Assembly: GCA_963729895.1 (NCBI GenBank)
Contig: CAVSQB010000015.1
Coordinates: 17,096-81,095 of the forward strand
Source: an uncultured Fibrobacterota bacterium
GTDB taxonomy: Bacteria; Fibrobacterota; Chitinivibrionia; Chitinivibrionales; FEN-1185
DNA length: 64,000 nt
Direction: 5' to 3'
Shown here in pieces: positions 1 to 8,913 of the stretch. The notes below the pieces were generated by a model. It worked only from the letters and a program-made list of their open reading frames with translations. It searched no databases and was not told the origin of the DNA. Each line of letters begins with the position of its first letter. Within the stretch, counting starts at the first letter, position 1. Position numbers and translations under genes: made by a program.

Positions 1-1
1 C

Positions 2-373
2 GATCTTCCCTCGGTGCTCGACCAGATCCGCACACGGCGTGTGCGGGCAGGCGCGGCCCTCAATCCCGACAAAGGTGTGGAACTGCTGGTGCCGCACCTT
101 GCGCACATGGACCAGGTGCTCATCATGACGGTGTTCGCGGGGTTCGGCGGGCAGAAGTTCATGCCCGACATGGTCCCGAAGATAAGCGCGATCCGCGATG
201 AAGCGGCGCGGCGCAGCCTCACGCTCGACATCGCGGTTGACGGCGGCATCAATCACGAAACCGCACGGCTCTGTTTTGAAAACGGCGCCAACGTGTTCGT
301 GGCGGGGAGTTACGTGTTCGGCGGCGCCAGATACAAAGACCGGATAGACGCAATCCGGAATGCGGCGCGTTGA
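2..373 (+). CDS. rpe: Ribulose-phosphate 3-epimerase, 5'-truncated by window edge
   Basis: Motifs VLIMTVFAGFGGQKF, IAVDGGIN and GANVFVAGSYVF; frame open from position 2. Confidence 0.93.
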   Translation, partial: DLPSVLDQIRTRRVRAGAALNPDKGVELLVPHLAHMDQVLIMTVFAGFGGQKFMPDMVPKISAIRDEAARRSLTLDIAVDGGINHETARLCFENGANVFVAGSYVFGGARYKDRIDAIRNAAR

Positions 374-376
374 CGC

Positions 377-1444
377 ATGCGCACCGGATCCTTCGTCAGC
401 ATCGTCTGCGCCGCGGCGCTGGTCGTTGCCGTCATGCCGAACTGCTCCCGGTATCCGGTTTCCCCTGACGGCGGCACCGTCCTCGAACTCGAAACCGTGT
501 GGCAGTATTTGCGGGTCTACTGCATCTGGCAGGACAGCATCCCCGTGGCGCCGGACCCGTTTGTTTTCTCTTCGCCGGAGCAATTATTCGCAAGTATCAA
601 CGACACGCTGCACGGCATTTCCTACACAAAATACGATTCGACGCACCTGCCGCTCAGCATGCAGGTTGCCGCGGTTTCCGCGGCGGCGCCCGACACCACC
701 ATCTATGTATTCCCCCTCACCGATTCCACGGTCCTTCTGCAGATCACCGAATTCAAGGACGACACCACCTACCCGGCTTTTGTAAACGCGCTCCACGTGA
801 TCGCGGCCTATCCGAAAATCATCATCGACCTGCGGGGCAACGGGGGCGGGTCGATCAACGCCGTGGATTCGATCATCGAGTATTTCCTTCCTGTAAACAC
901 CGCCTTTATCAAGGCCAGGTACCGTGAGTACGACGATGCCGCCCGCACGGCGGCCACCGTCGATTGGGAGAACTGGACCACCAAGCACAGCCACACGCCC
1001 TCGCTTGTCAATGCGCAGCTGGCCGTGCTTGTCAACGGCGGAACCGCGAGCGCAGCGGAACTGCTCACGGCCGGGCTCAAGGACGGCCGGGCGGCCCAGG
1101 GCGGAGCCGACACGGCCACGCTTGTGGGAGAGACCACCTACGGCAAGGGAATGGGCCAGATCATCATTTCGCGCACCTACCTCGACAAAAGGGACATCAT
1201 GATCACGTTCCTTCGCCTTCAGGGCGTAAGCGCCAGAATAGGCGTGTACCACAGAAGGGGAATTTTCCCTGATTTGCAGGTGGTAAACCCGGGGCCCCGC
1301 GTCGACGCGCAACTCGATTCCGCACTTCAGATACTCGAACCTTCCGCCAGGGTGCTCCCGCTTGCGGTCCCCGCAGCCAAACTCGTTTCGACGGACGCCG
1401 GAGCATACATCCGGGTCCTTGCGAATCAGGAATTCAAAAAATAG
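377..1444 (+). CDS. S41 family (tail-specific/C-terminal processing) peptidase, probable lipoprotein
   Basis: IIDLRGNGGG, VLVNGGTASAAE and GETTYGKG motifs; hydrophobic N-terminus followed by Cys. Confidence 0.88.
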   Translation: MRTGSFVSIVCAAALVVAVMPNCSRYPVSPDGGTVLELETVWQYLRVYCIWQDSIPVAPDPFVFSSPEQLFASINDTLHGISYTKYDSTHLPLSMQVAAVSAAAPDTTIYVFPLTDSTVLLQITEFKDDTTYPAFVNALHVIAAYPKIIIDLRGNGGGSINAVDSIIEYFLPVNTAFIKARYREYDDAARTAATVDWENWTTKHSHTPSLVNAQLAVLVNGGTASAAELLTAGLKDGRAAQGGADTATLVGETTYGKGMGQIIISRTYLDKRDIMITFLRLQGVSARIGVYHRRGIFPDLQVVNPGPRVDAQLDSALQILEPSARVLPLAVPAAKLVSTDAGAYIRVLANQEFKK

Positions 1445-1460
1445 TAGATCAAGATACGCG

Positions 1461-1634
1461 GTTGGGCGTTACCCTCGCCATGCTCGGGTCGGCCCCACCC
1501 CGTCGGGTGCTTCCAAGGGTCGTCCTTTCGGGCTCGGCTGGCAAGCCTCGGTGCCGCACTGCCCCTATGGGCCCTTCGGGCCGGGGTCAGGCGGCACTGC
1601 GCTCCGGCGCACCACTCCAGTCCGGCCTAACGCG
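1461..1634. repeat. Structured intergenic repeat, copy A (REP/MITE-like or ncRNA)
   Basis: Begins GTTGGGCGTT and ends GCCTAACGCG; multiple hairpins; homologous to 11163-11302. Confidence 0.8.
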
Positions 1635-1667
1635 AAAAGCAAAGAAGCAAATGTTGTCTTCGCCTTT

Positions 1668-1876
1668 CCCCCTTCAGTGGCGCAGCTGCGGCCGGATGAC
1701 CAGGGGCGAGGACGAGTCCGCATTTCTCGAAGAGAAATGCTTCACAATATCTTTTCCATTGTTCCGCAGCCCCCTGAGGGCCGCAGCGATAAAGCGCCAC
1801 TGCGGGGCGGCGCGGGGTTCCAAGGGGTGCTCGCAGGAGAGCACCCCTTGGTCGGGGTTTGGGGGTGAAACCCCCT
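1668..1876. repeat. Second palindromic element: long imperfect hairpin plus G/C-run hairpins
   Basis: Pairings CAGTGGCGC/GCGCCACTG, GCTGCGGCC/GGCCGCAGC, GCATTTCTC/GAGAAATGC, CCAAGGGGTGCTC/GAGCACCCCTTGG and GGGGG-TGAAA-CCCCC. Confidence 0.65.
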
Positions 1877-1971
1877 GCCGAACGCAATTGACAACAAAGT
1901 GGGGTGTCGCCCCGAGGCATAAAAGCCCGCCGACGCTGTCTGGCGCTCCAGTCACTAGACATTGCGAAGCG

Positions 1972-3271
1972 TGTTGCCTCATAATAAAAGGTAACCGAAG
2001 GGTCAGATTCGATGCCTCACAAATGAGGTAACCGTAACAAGGTTGAAAATGGTTTTGAGTTTTCTTTCGATAGTCTTTTTTAATTGGAATGGATTGAGAG
2101 CACGGTGGGTCAGTTCAAGGCTTTGCTTGACTTCTGAAGCTATGTAAGGTGATTCAACGATTCTTTGATAGGGAGTTTTCGGTTCTTCATAGGTCTTGCG
2201 GTATCGAGATCCTATCCGGATTTTAGATTTGAGTTTCAGCGATGGACAGAAGTGGTTTTGATAGAGAGACCACTCGTTGGCATAGAGGTCGTTAATGAGG
2301 GGAAGCGTGTCGGGGTTTTCGATCCGATCATAACCAAGCATGTGCCTGGCCTGCGCCCAGTTTTTCTGTTCGACATGGGCGTTGTCGTTTTTCTTGTAGG
2401 GACGTGACCGGGTGAACTTTACAGGGTCTTGTCGCACGGCGAAGTAGCGTTCGAGATGATAGTTGAGGAACTCGGACCCGTTATCACAGTCAAAGCCACG
2501 CAGGGCAAAAGGTATTCGTCGTTCGATGTCTTTAACCTGCTCAATGACACCCTGGGAGCCCTTATTCCACACAGCACGGCCTTCGGTCCAAGCAGTATGG
2601 ATGTCAGTCATGATAAGGCTCCACACAAATTCTCCGGCAAGGCTGGTGCCGCAATGGGCAACCGTATCCGCCTCCATGAATCCAGGCTGGGTAATATCCC
2701 AGTTGTCGGTACGGATGGGGATTTGATTGCGCAGCATGGAGCCGGGCTTGGTGCCGCACAATCCCTTGCCCATACGCGTACGTAAAGGGCATAGGACGCG
2801 GTCAAGCGTGGAGCGGCTGACAGAGAGGAGCCGCGCACGGACTTCCTCGGAAAGCAGTTCAAAGGATTGTTCGTAGAATGGCAGCCATACTGGAATGACA
2901 ACCTTAAGGCGGCGAGAGCACATGAAATCAGAGGCTTTCCAGATGTACTGTAACGCCTTAATAAAAAGCGGTTCAGCATATAAGGGTCTTCTTCCACGCT
3001 TGGCTTTTTGTTTCTGTTTGCGTTTTCCAAGTAGCCGGATAGCGTACTTGCGATTGTATCGGCAAATCGCACAAAACTCATCGAGAATCTGCTTTTTGCC
3101 GGCTCTGTTGGAATGGGCATATCGTTGTCGTATCGCTTCCCGATATGCTTCTTTTTCTTTGTGCCCCATAGTGGTAACCCCCTTTTTTCTTGGGTTACCT
3201 TAATTATGAGGCAACGAATCAATTGGTGCGTGTTTCGATTAAGCCTTCGGTTACATTTAATTTGAGGCAAT
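1972..3271 (-). mobile_element. IS element with rve/DDE transposase (ISNCY-like); ends approximate
   Basis: Two TGCCTCA...GTAACC repeats at each end in inverted orientation (1973-1999 and 2011-2034 vs 3192-3215 and 3244-3271); no clear TSD. Confidence 0.8.
2003..3169 (-). CDS. DDE integrase-core transposase
   Basis: EADTVAHCG, FDCDNGSEF and KNDNAHVEQKN motifs; N-terminal ILDEFC...YNRKYAIRLL. Confidence 0.9.
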   Translation of the reverse strand: MGHKEKEAYREAIRQRYAHSNRAGKKQILDEFCAICRYNRKYAIRLLGKRKQKQKAKRGRRPLYAEPLFIKALQYIWKASDFMCSRRLKVVIPVWLPFYEQSFELLSEEVRARLLSVSRSTLDRVLCPLRTRMGKGLCGTKPGSMLRNQIPIRTDNWDITQPGFMEADTVAHCGTSLAGEFVWSLIMTDIHTAWTEGRAVWNKGSQGVIEQVKDIERRIPFALRGFDCDNGSEFLNYHLERYFAVRQDPVKFTRSRPYKKNDNAHVEQKNWAQARHMLGYDRIENPDTLPLINDLYANEWSLYQNHFCPSLKLKSKIRIGSRYRKTYEEPKTPYQRIVESPYIASEVKQSLELTHRALNPFQLKKTIERKLKTIFNLVTVTSFVRHRI

Positions 3272-3341
3272 GCGGAAGCACTTTTGCTCCAGATAGTGGT
3301 TGAACCAATCAATAAGTATTGGTATAATTATTCCATCATCC

Positions 3342-4358
3342 ATGGAAAAAGCCACCCATTCAATCGACGGTAATCCTGACTCCAACCTCGGGCTTGTCGG
3401 AACATCCGCCTACCTTCAACGACTGCGCCAGGACATCCGCCGCGTCGCGTCGGGTAATTTTCCGGTGATGGTGCGGGGCGAATCGGGCACGGGAAAAGAC
3501 ATCATCGCCCGGGCGATCCACACGTGCGGGAAAAGAAACAGCAGGCGGATGGTTGTCCTCAATTGCGCCGCGATCCCAAGGCATCTCGAGGAAGCGGAAC
3601 TTTTCGGCTACGCAAAGGGCGCGGCCGGCGGCGCAATGGTGCTGAAGCAAGGCATCATCGAAACCGCGGACTCGTCGACCCTGTTCCTCGACGAGGTGAG
3701 CGAGATTTCCGGCGAACTCCAGGCCAAGCTGCTGCGAGTTATTGATAAAGGCGAATTCATTCCGGAAGGATCAACCGCGGTGAAGAAGGTGGACGTGCGC
3801 ATCGTGAGCGCCACGAACCGCGACATCGAGGCCATGGTGAAAAACAAGACATTCCGCCAGGACCTGTTCTACCGCCTCAAAGGCGCGGTTATCGCCACGC
3901 GCCCGCTCGCCTACCACAGGGACGATATTCCGGTGCTCATCGACCACTTTCTCGGCATGCAGGACGACCCGAAAATCCCGCGCCGCATATCGCCCGCGGC
4001 GCTGCACCTGCTCACGGACTACGCGTGGCCGGGCAACGTCCGGGAACTCAAATACACCGTGGAAGTCATCTGCATGGCGGGCATCGGCCTTAAATCGATC
4101 GACGAGCAAACCGTGCGCTCGGTGCTCAAGATGAACGCGGCCGCTCCCGAACAGCCCCTCACCTACAGAGAAGCGAAAGCCGCAACGATGCACGATTTCG
4201 AAACGCGGTATTTCACCAAGCTGCTCACCCACTTCAAAGGAAACCTCAACCAGGCCTCAAAAGTTGCAGGCATGTACAGGCCGAACCTTCTTAAGAAATT
4301 GAAACAGTTGAGTATTTCGCAGAATGCGTTCAGGCCGGAGAAGAGACGGGTTGACTGA
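3342..4358 (+). CDS. Sigma-54-interaction (NtrC-type AAA+) Fis-family regulator with no sensor domain and a degenerate GAFTGA loop
   Basis: Walker A GESGTGKD, LFLDE, FRQDLFYRL, WPGNVREL and C-terminal HTH; ATG at 3342 (track starts at 3300). Confidence 0.9.
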   Translation: MEKATHSIDGNPDSNLGLVGTSAYLQRLRQDIRRVASGNFPVMVRGESGTGKDIIARAIHTCGKRNSRRMVVLNCAAIPRHLEEAELFGYAKGAAGGAMVLKQGIIETADSSTLFLDEVSEISGELQAKLLRVIDKGEFIPEGSTAVKKVDVRIVSATNRDIEAMVKNKTFRQDLFYRLKGAVIATRPLAYHRDDIPVLIDHFLGMQDDPKIPRRISPAALHLLTDYAWPGNVRELKYTVEVICMAGIGLKSIDEQTVRSVLKMNAAAPEQPLTYREAKAATMHDFETRYFTKLLTHFKGNLNQASKVAGMYRPNLLKKLKQLSISQNAFRPEKRRVD

Positions 4359-4649
4359 AGGGGCATTATGGACAATAAGACCTCAAAACCAGCTCCCAAA
4401 TTTGTCAAAATAGCACAGAAATACGCTAAAGAACTTCTAATCGCGTTTGCATTCGCTATTGTTGCTGCGGTTATTTATGAATACTATGCAGATTACAATC
4501 GACACAGAATATTAGAGAATAATACAAAAGCTGTTGCGACCCTATTTGTCTTCAATTCCAAGATGAGATGGTCCGGGATTTTTGAACAGGAAATAATGGT
4601 TTCTTAGTTGGATTCCGAGGGTATTTTTTCATTATCAAAGGAGTCCAAC

Positions 4650-5012
4650 ATGAACCGGAAGCAGCAAGCGAAGGCCGCCGCGATGTCCCCGAACAGCGAT
4701 GGCAACCCCGCCAAGCGGACCCGCCGCAAGATCGACGACGCTCTGAAGACGAAGGTGGTTCTGGAAGCCTTGAAGGAGGCCGAACCGCTGTCCGTTTTGG
4801 CAAGTCGGTACGAAGTCCATCCCAACCAGATAGCTCAGTGGCGCAGGCAGTTTCTTGGCAACGCGCAGATGGCTTTTTCGGGAGACAAGAACGCCGAGCA
4901 AGAGCTTGAGCGCGTTCGCGGTGATCGCGATGAGTATGCACGCAAGGTCGGGGAGCTGACCATGGATGTCGAGTTCCTAAAAAAAAACTTGCGGAAGCTG
5001 GGCATGCTATGA
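4650..5012 (+). CDS. IS3 transposase OrfA (HTH)
   Basis: LASRYEVHPNQIAQWRRQ; RBS AAGGAG before ATG 4650; A9C slippery run at 4979-4988. Confidence 0.9.
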   Translation: MNRKQQAKAAAMSPNSDGNPAKRTRRKIDDALKTKVVLEALKEAEPLSVLASRYEVHPNQIAQWRRQFLGNAQMAFSGDKNAEQELERVRGDRDEYARKVGELTMDVEFLKKNLRKLGML

Positions 5013-5851
5013 GAGCAAAGATGGCCGATTCTACAAGCGAGGACTTGACTTTGAAGAGGCAGTGTTCGCTGCTTTCCATTTGTCGGACCTCGATTTACTA
5101 TACGCCGCAGACTAGTCCGATGAACAAGTTGCTCATGGATCGTATCGATGAGCTATTCACCGATGACCCCACGCGGGGCACCAGAAGGCTCCGGGCGGCC
5201 ATGAGGCGTCAGTTTGGGCTGGAGGTTGGGCGCAGCAAGATTCGCAGGCTGATGGCCCGTATGGGCCTCCACGCGATCTACCGGGCCCTGAACACCTCGA
5301 AGCCCAATAAGGCACACAAGAAGTACCCGTATCTGCTTCGTGGCGTAGTGGTCAACCACCCCAACCAGGTGTGGAGCACCGATATCACCTACATCCGCCT
5401 CAACGGCGGCTTCGCTTACCTCTGCGCCGTTATCGACTGGTACAGTCGGTGCGTCCTTGCATGGCGTCTGTCGACCTCGCTGGACAGCGGCTTCTGCATC
5501 GAAGTTCTCAAGGAGGCACTGGCGAAGTACGGAGAACCGGAAATCTTCAACTCGGATCAGGGATGTCAGTTCACCAGCGAGGAGTTCACCTCGGTGCTCC
5601 TTGAACGCGGTATCCGGATCAGCATGGACGGACGAGGGCGGGCGCTGGATAACGTGTTTGTCGAGAGGCTGTGGCGAACGGTCAAGTACGACGACATCTA
5701 CATACGGGGGTACAGCTCCGTTGCCGAGTGCCGCACCGGCCTTGCGGAGTTCTTTGAACGGTACAACAACCGGAGGGAGCACTCGTCCCTCCTTTACAAC
5801 TATCCAATGGAAGTGTATATTGGTGAGGTAGTGCTATCAAAGGCAGCTTGA
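5009..5851 (+). CDS. IS3 transposase OrfB (DDE), -1 frame relative to OrfA
   Basis: WSTDITY, FNSDQGCQF and DNVFVERLWRTVK motifs. Confidence 0.95.
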   Translation: MRAKMADSTSEDLTLKRQCSLLSICRTSIYYTPQTSPMNKLLMDRIDELFTDDPTRGTRRLRAAMRRQFGLEVGRSKIRRLMARMGLHAIYRALNTSKPNKAHKKYPYLLRGVVVNHPNQVWSTDITYIRLNGGFAYLCAVIDWYSRCVLAWRLSTSLDSGFCIEVLKEALAKYGEPEIFNSDQGCQFTSEEFTSVLLERGIRISMDGRGRALDNVFVERLWRTVKYDDIYIRGYSSVAECRTGLAEFFERYNNRREHSSLLYNYPMEVYIGEVVLSKAA

Positions 5852-6977
5852 CGAGCAAGACAGGCAAGGCCAACTAAGCAATCAGAAATTCCTGTCAAGA
5901 AAAGTCGACCATCTCAAGATGGACCAAATAGCTACTGGAAGCGGCATATTTATAAGCCCAAATGGCAAGCTTGTAACTAACTCTCATGTGATTGAAGGGT
6001 ATTCCACAGTGCGTGCAAAGTTGTCATCGGGCGCATACTATGTACTGAAAGGCGTCGTCGGAGCAAGTAAGAGGCATGATTTGGCCATTTTGCAATTCGA
6101 GGCAAATGATGTGCCGTATGTTAGAATCAAGAAGATTGACAAAGTCACGATAGGAGAATCTGTATTTACAATAGGATCACCGTTGGGTTTAGAAAAAACT
6201 GTCACTGAAGGCATTATCAGCAATCCCGAACGAAAAGATGGAGATATAGAATTAATTCAGTTCACCGCACCAATTTCGTCGGGAAATAGCGGTGGCGGAT
6301 TGTTTAACCAAAAGGGAATAATTCTCGGTATTACTTCAAATACGATATTGCCTACACGAACGGATGAAGCCGTTCAAAATATCAATTTTGCTGTGCCAAT
6401 AAAATATGTAGAAAAGGCTTCCACGGGAAATGATATTGAATTTACGGAGAATAGCCCGGATTACTTTTATTCTGAGGGTGTGATATATAATAACAAGAAG
6501 GAATATGACAAAGCTGAGGAATCATTCAAAAGCGCGATTCAAACAGATTCGCAATACGCAAATGCATATATTGACCTTGGCGATGTTTATTATAAGACTG
6601 GCAAGTGCGAAGAAGAAGTAAATGTTCTCTTGTATGCTCAAAAATTGATGCCAAATAATCCGGATGTGAACTTTTCTCTAGCCACGGCCTATGAAGACAT
6701 TTCAGAGTACAGGTTGGCCATAGAGACCTATGAAAAGGTATTAAAATACCGACCGGACGATAAGGATGCCCTAGACAATGTGTGTTTGTTATACATAATT
6801 ATTGGACAAAATAGGAACGCTATTGAACATATCAAGCAGTTAAGTAAATTGGATGTTGGAATGAGTAATGAGCTTGATATTCTTGTGAAACGAACCAGCA
6901 AATAAGGTGGCCCACGCGAATCTTACTTCTTGTGTCCAGCGGTTTCTTTTTTCGCTCTTAACAAGGAGGCTGCATTC

Positions 6978-7472
6978 ATGACTTACCCCACAGATCGCGC
7001 CTTGCAGATTGCGGTCGAGATGGAGCGGCTCGGGCAGACGTTCTACGAGTCGCTGGCAAAGGGTTGCGCCAATGCGGCCATTGCCGCGCTCGCGTCGGAC
7101 CTTGCCCGCGCAGAAAAACAGCATGTAGTGGTCTTTTCGCGCATGATCGAGGGGCTTCCCCCGGTGCTTCGCGGTCCAAAGTTGACGGAACAGGAACTGT
7201 ACGCCGCCGCAAAGGAGCTTCGCGTGGATATCATGCCGGGCTCGGCGGTGGTACGCGACGCGGTGCTGGAGGCCGACCTGGGCAAGGTCCTGGAAATGGC
7301 AATAGACATGGAGTCCAAGGCGGTCGGCTATTACACGGGCCAAAGCTTCGGCGCGGAGGGGGTTGATTCGGCGGCGTTGTCGAGAATCGCGGACGAAGAG
7401 AAGAAGCATTTGAAAGTGCTCCGTGAGCGCCGCATGCGGCTGTTTTCTTCTCCAGGAACGACTGCAATGTAA
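6978..7472 (+). CDS. Rubrerythrin/ferritin-like diiron protein
   Basis: Paired AxxME..FY and ExxH motifs (AEKQH, EEKKH); RBS AAGGAGG before ATG 6978. Confidence 0.8.
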   Translation: MTYPTDRALQIAVEMERLGQTFYESLAKGCANAAIAALASDLARAEKQHVVVFSRMIEGLPPVLRGPKLTEQELYAAAKELRVDIMPGSAVVRDAVLEADLGKVLEMAIDMESKAVGYYTGQSFGAEGVDSAALSRIADEEKKHLKVLRERRMRLFSSPGTTAM

Positions 7473-7538
7473 GAAACCCTCCCGGACAAAGAACGGCGCG
7501 CCATGACACATTGACGACAAAAAGGAAGCCGTTTCGCC

Positions 7539-8021
7539 ATGAACCCGAGAATAGAAACATTGACCGAAAAGAAACTGATCGGGAAACGGATTACCATGTC
7601 TTTTTCCGACGACAGGACCTTTCAACTGTGGCGAAGCTTTATGCCGAGACGAAAAGAAATTCAAAACAGCGTCGGCTCGGACCTTTATTGCGTGCAAGTG
7701 TATGCTGCCATGGATTTCAACAATGTTAACCCGGCTGCGGCATTTGACAAATGGGCGGCCATTGAAGTGGCCGATTTTACTGCAGTTCCCGATGGAATGG
7801 AAACCATCACGCTGCCGGCCGGACTTTACGCGGTCTTTCTGCATACCGGAGCTGCAAGCATAGGTCCAAAGACATTTCAATATATTTTCGGGACATGGCT
7901 GCCGAATTCCGATTACTCTCTTGACAACAGGCCGCATTTTGAGATATTGGGAGAGAAATACAAGAATGAAGATCCACGTTCCGAAGAGGAATTATGGATA
8001 CCTGTCAAACCGAAGCAATAA
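7539..8021 (+). CDS. GyrI-like small-molecule-binding protein
   Basis: LPAGLYAVFLH, YIFGTWLP, RPHFEIL and EEELWIPV motifs. Confidence 0.88.
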   Translation: MNPRIETLTEKKLIGKRITMSFSDDRTFQLWRSFMPRRKEIQNSVGSDLYCVQVYAAMDFNNVNPAAAFDKWAAIEVADFTAVPDGMETITLPAGLYAVFLHTGAASIGPKTFQYIFGTWLPNSDYSLDNRPHFEILGEKYKNEDPRSEEELWIPVKPKQ

Positions 8022-8103
8022 CGGACACTTTGCCAGGCCTTCAATTGCGACTCGCGGGCAACGCGGGGCTTAGGTTAGACATCACGGAGAATCTCAACGC
8101 ATC

Positions 8104-8772
8104 ATGAAACTGCCCCGCTTCTTTAAACGCAAGGAATGTTTGGTCCCCACGCCGTGGACATGGTGTGCTGCGCTTGTGGCGTGCGCTCTCGGACTGCTCG
8201 TGTTTGCCTTCTCCATCCAGCCGTTTCTTGCACCGGTCCATCCGGTGAATGCCCGCATCCTCGTTGTTGAAGGATGGATACCCGAATATGCGCTCGAAGA
8301 GGCCGTTGCCGACTTCAGGACCAATAGATACGCGGTTGTCGTGGTTACGGGAGGTCCGGTCGAATCGGGCCATTTCCTCATCGGATACAAATCGCTCGCC
8401 GGCGTAGGCGCCGCCACGCTGAGGAAACTCGGCGTCGACAGTTCCCGCATTGCCGTGGTCCCTTCGCCGTTTGTCCAGAAAGACCGCACTTACGAGGAAG
8501 CGGTGTCGCTCAAGCGCTGGCTCGCGCGGAATCCGGACCTGGGAAAATCTCTCAATCTCTATTCCATCGGATGCCATTCGAGACGGTCCCAGCTTTTGTA
8601 TTCCCGGGTGCTGGGCACGGCGTATACCGTGGGAATCGTGGCGTGCCCCGACCGCGGGTACGACAGCCGCAGGTGGTGGCGCTACAGCAACGGCGTCCGG
8701 GCCGTGGCCGACGAAACCCTGGCCTGCTGTTATGCGTTCCTGTTTTCCATCTTTGCATCCGCGACAGACTAG
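8104..8772 (+). CDS. YdcF/DUF218 (ElyC/SanA-like) protein
   Basis: N-terminal TM helix; VVEGW, VTGG, DRTYEEA and HSRRS motifs. Confidence 0.75.
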   Translation: MKLPRFFKRKECLVPTPWTWCAALVACALGLLVFAFSIQPFLAPVHPVNARILVVEGWIPEYALEEAVADFRTNRYAVVVVTGGPVESGHFLIGYKSLAGVGAATLRKLGVDSSRIAVVPSPFVQKDRTYEEAVSLKRWLARNPDLGKSLNLYSIGCHSRRSQLLYSRVLGTAYTVGIVACPDRGYDSRRWWRYSNGVRAVADETLACCYAFLFSIFASATD

Positions 8773-8913
8773 CCTTCCGGCATCGCGCCGGCACAAGCAT
8801 CGTCCTTGAAAAACGGAAGTCGGTGAAGTACAATCTGATTACCAACGGCGCCGCGGTCCACAGGTTCGATGCGCCGCCATGCCACTGGACAGGCTGGCAG
8901 CGGATTCTCACAA

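Larger units (their letters stand above)
4564..5916 (+). mobile_element. IS3-family element
   Basis: IRs TGAGATGGTC...GACCATCTCA; 3-bp TSD AGA (4561-4563 / 5917-5919). Confidence 0.95.
4368..6905 (+). pseudogene. Membrane-anchored trypsin-like serine protease with TPR repeats, interrupted by IS3
   Basis: 4368-4563 joins 5920-6905 in frame (..FNSK-MDQIATGSG..) once the IS and one AGA are removed; TNSHV, DLAIL and ISSGNSGG motifs; C-terminal TPRs. Confidence 0.9.

Noticed and set aside
1461..1634. Structured repeat as an integron attC or CRISPR repeat
   Set aside because: GTTRRRY/RYYYAAC order is reversed relative to attC; only two distant copies, with no spacers or cas genes
8015..8080. attC-like site (TAAC...GTTAGAC) after the GyrI gene
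   Set aside because: R boxes are not complementary, there is no convincing stem, and no integron integrase or array is present
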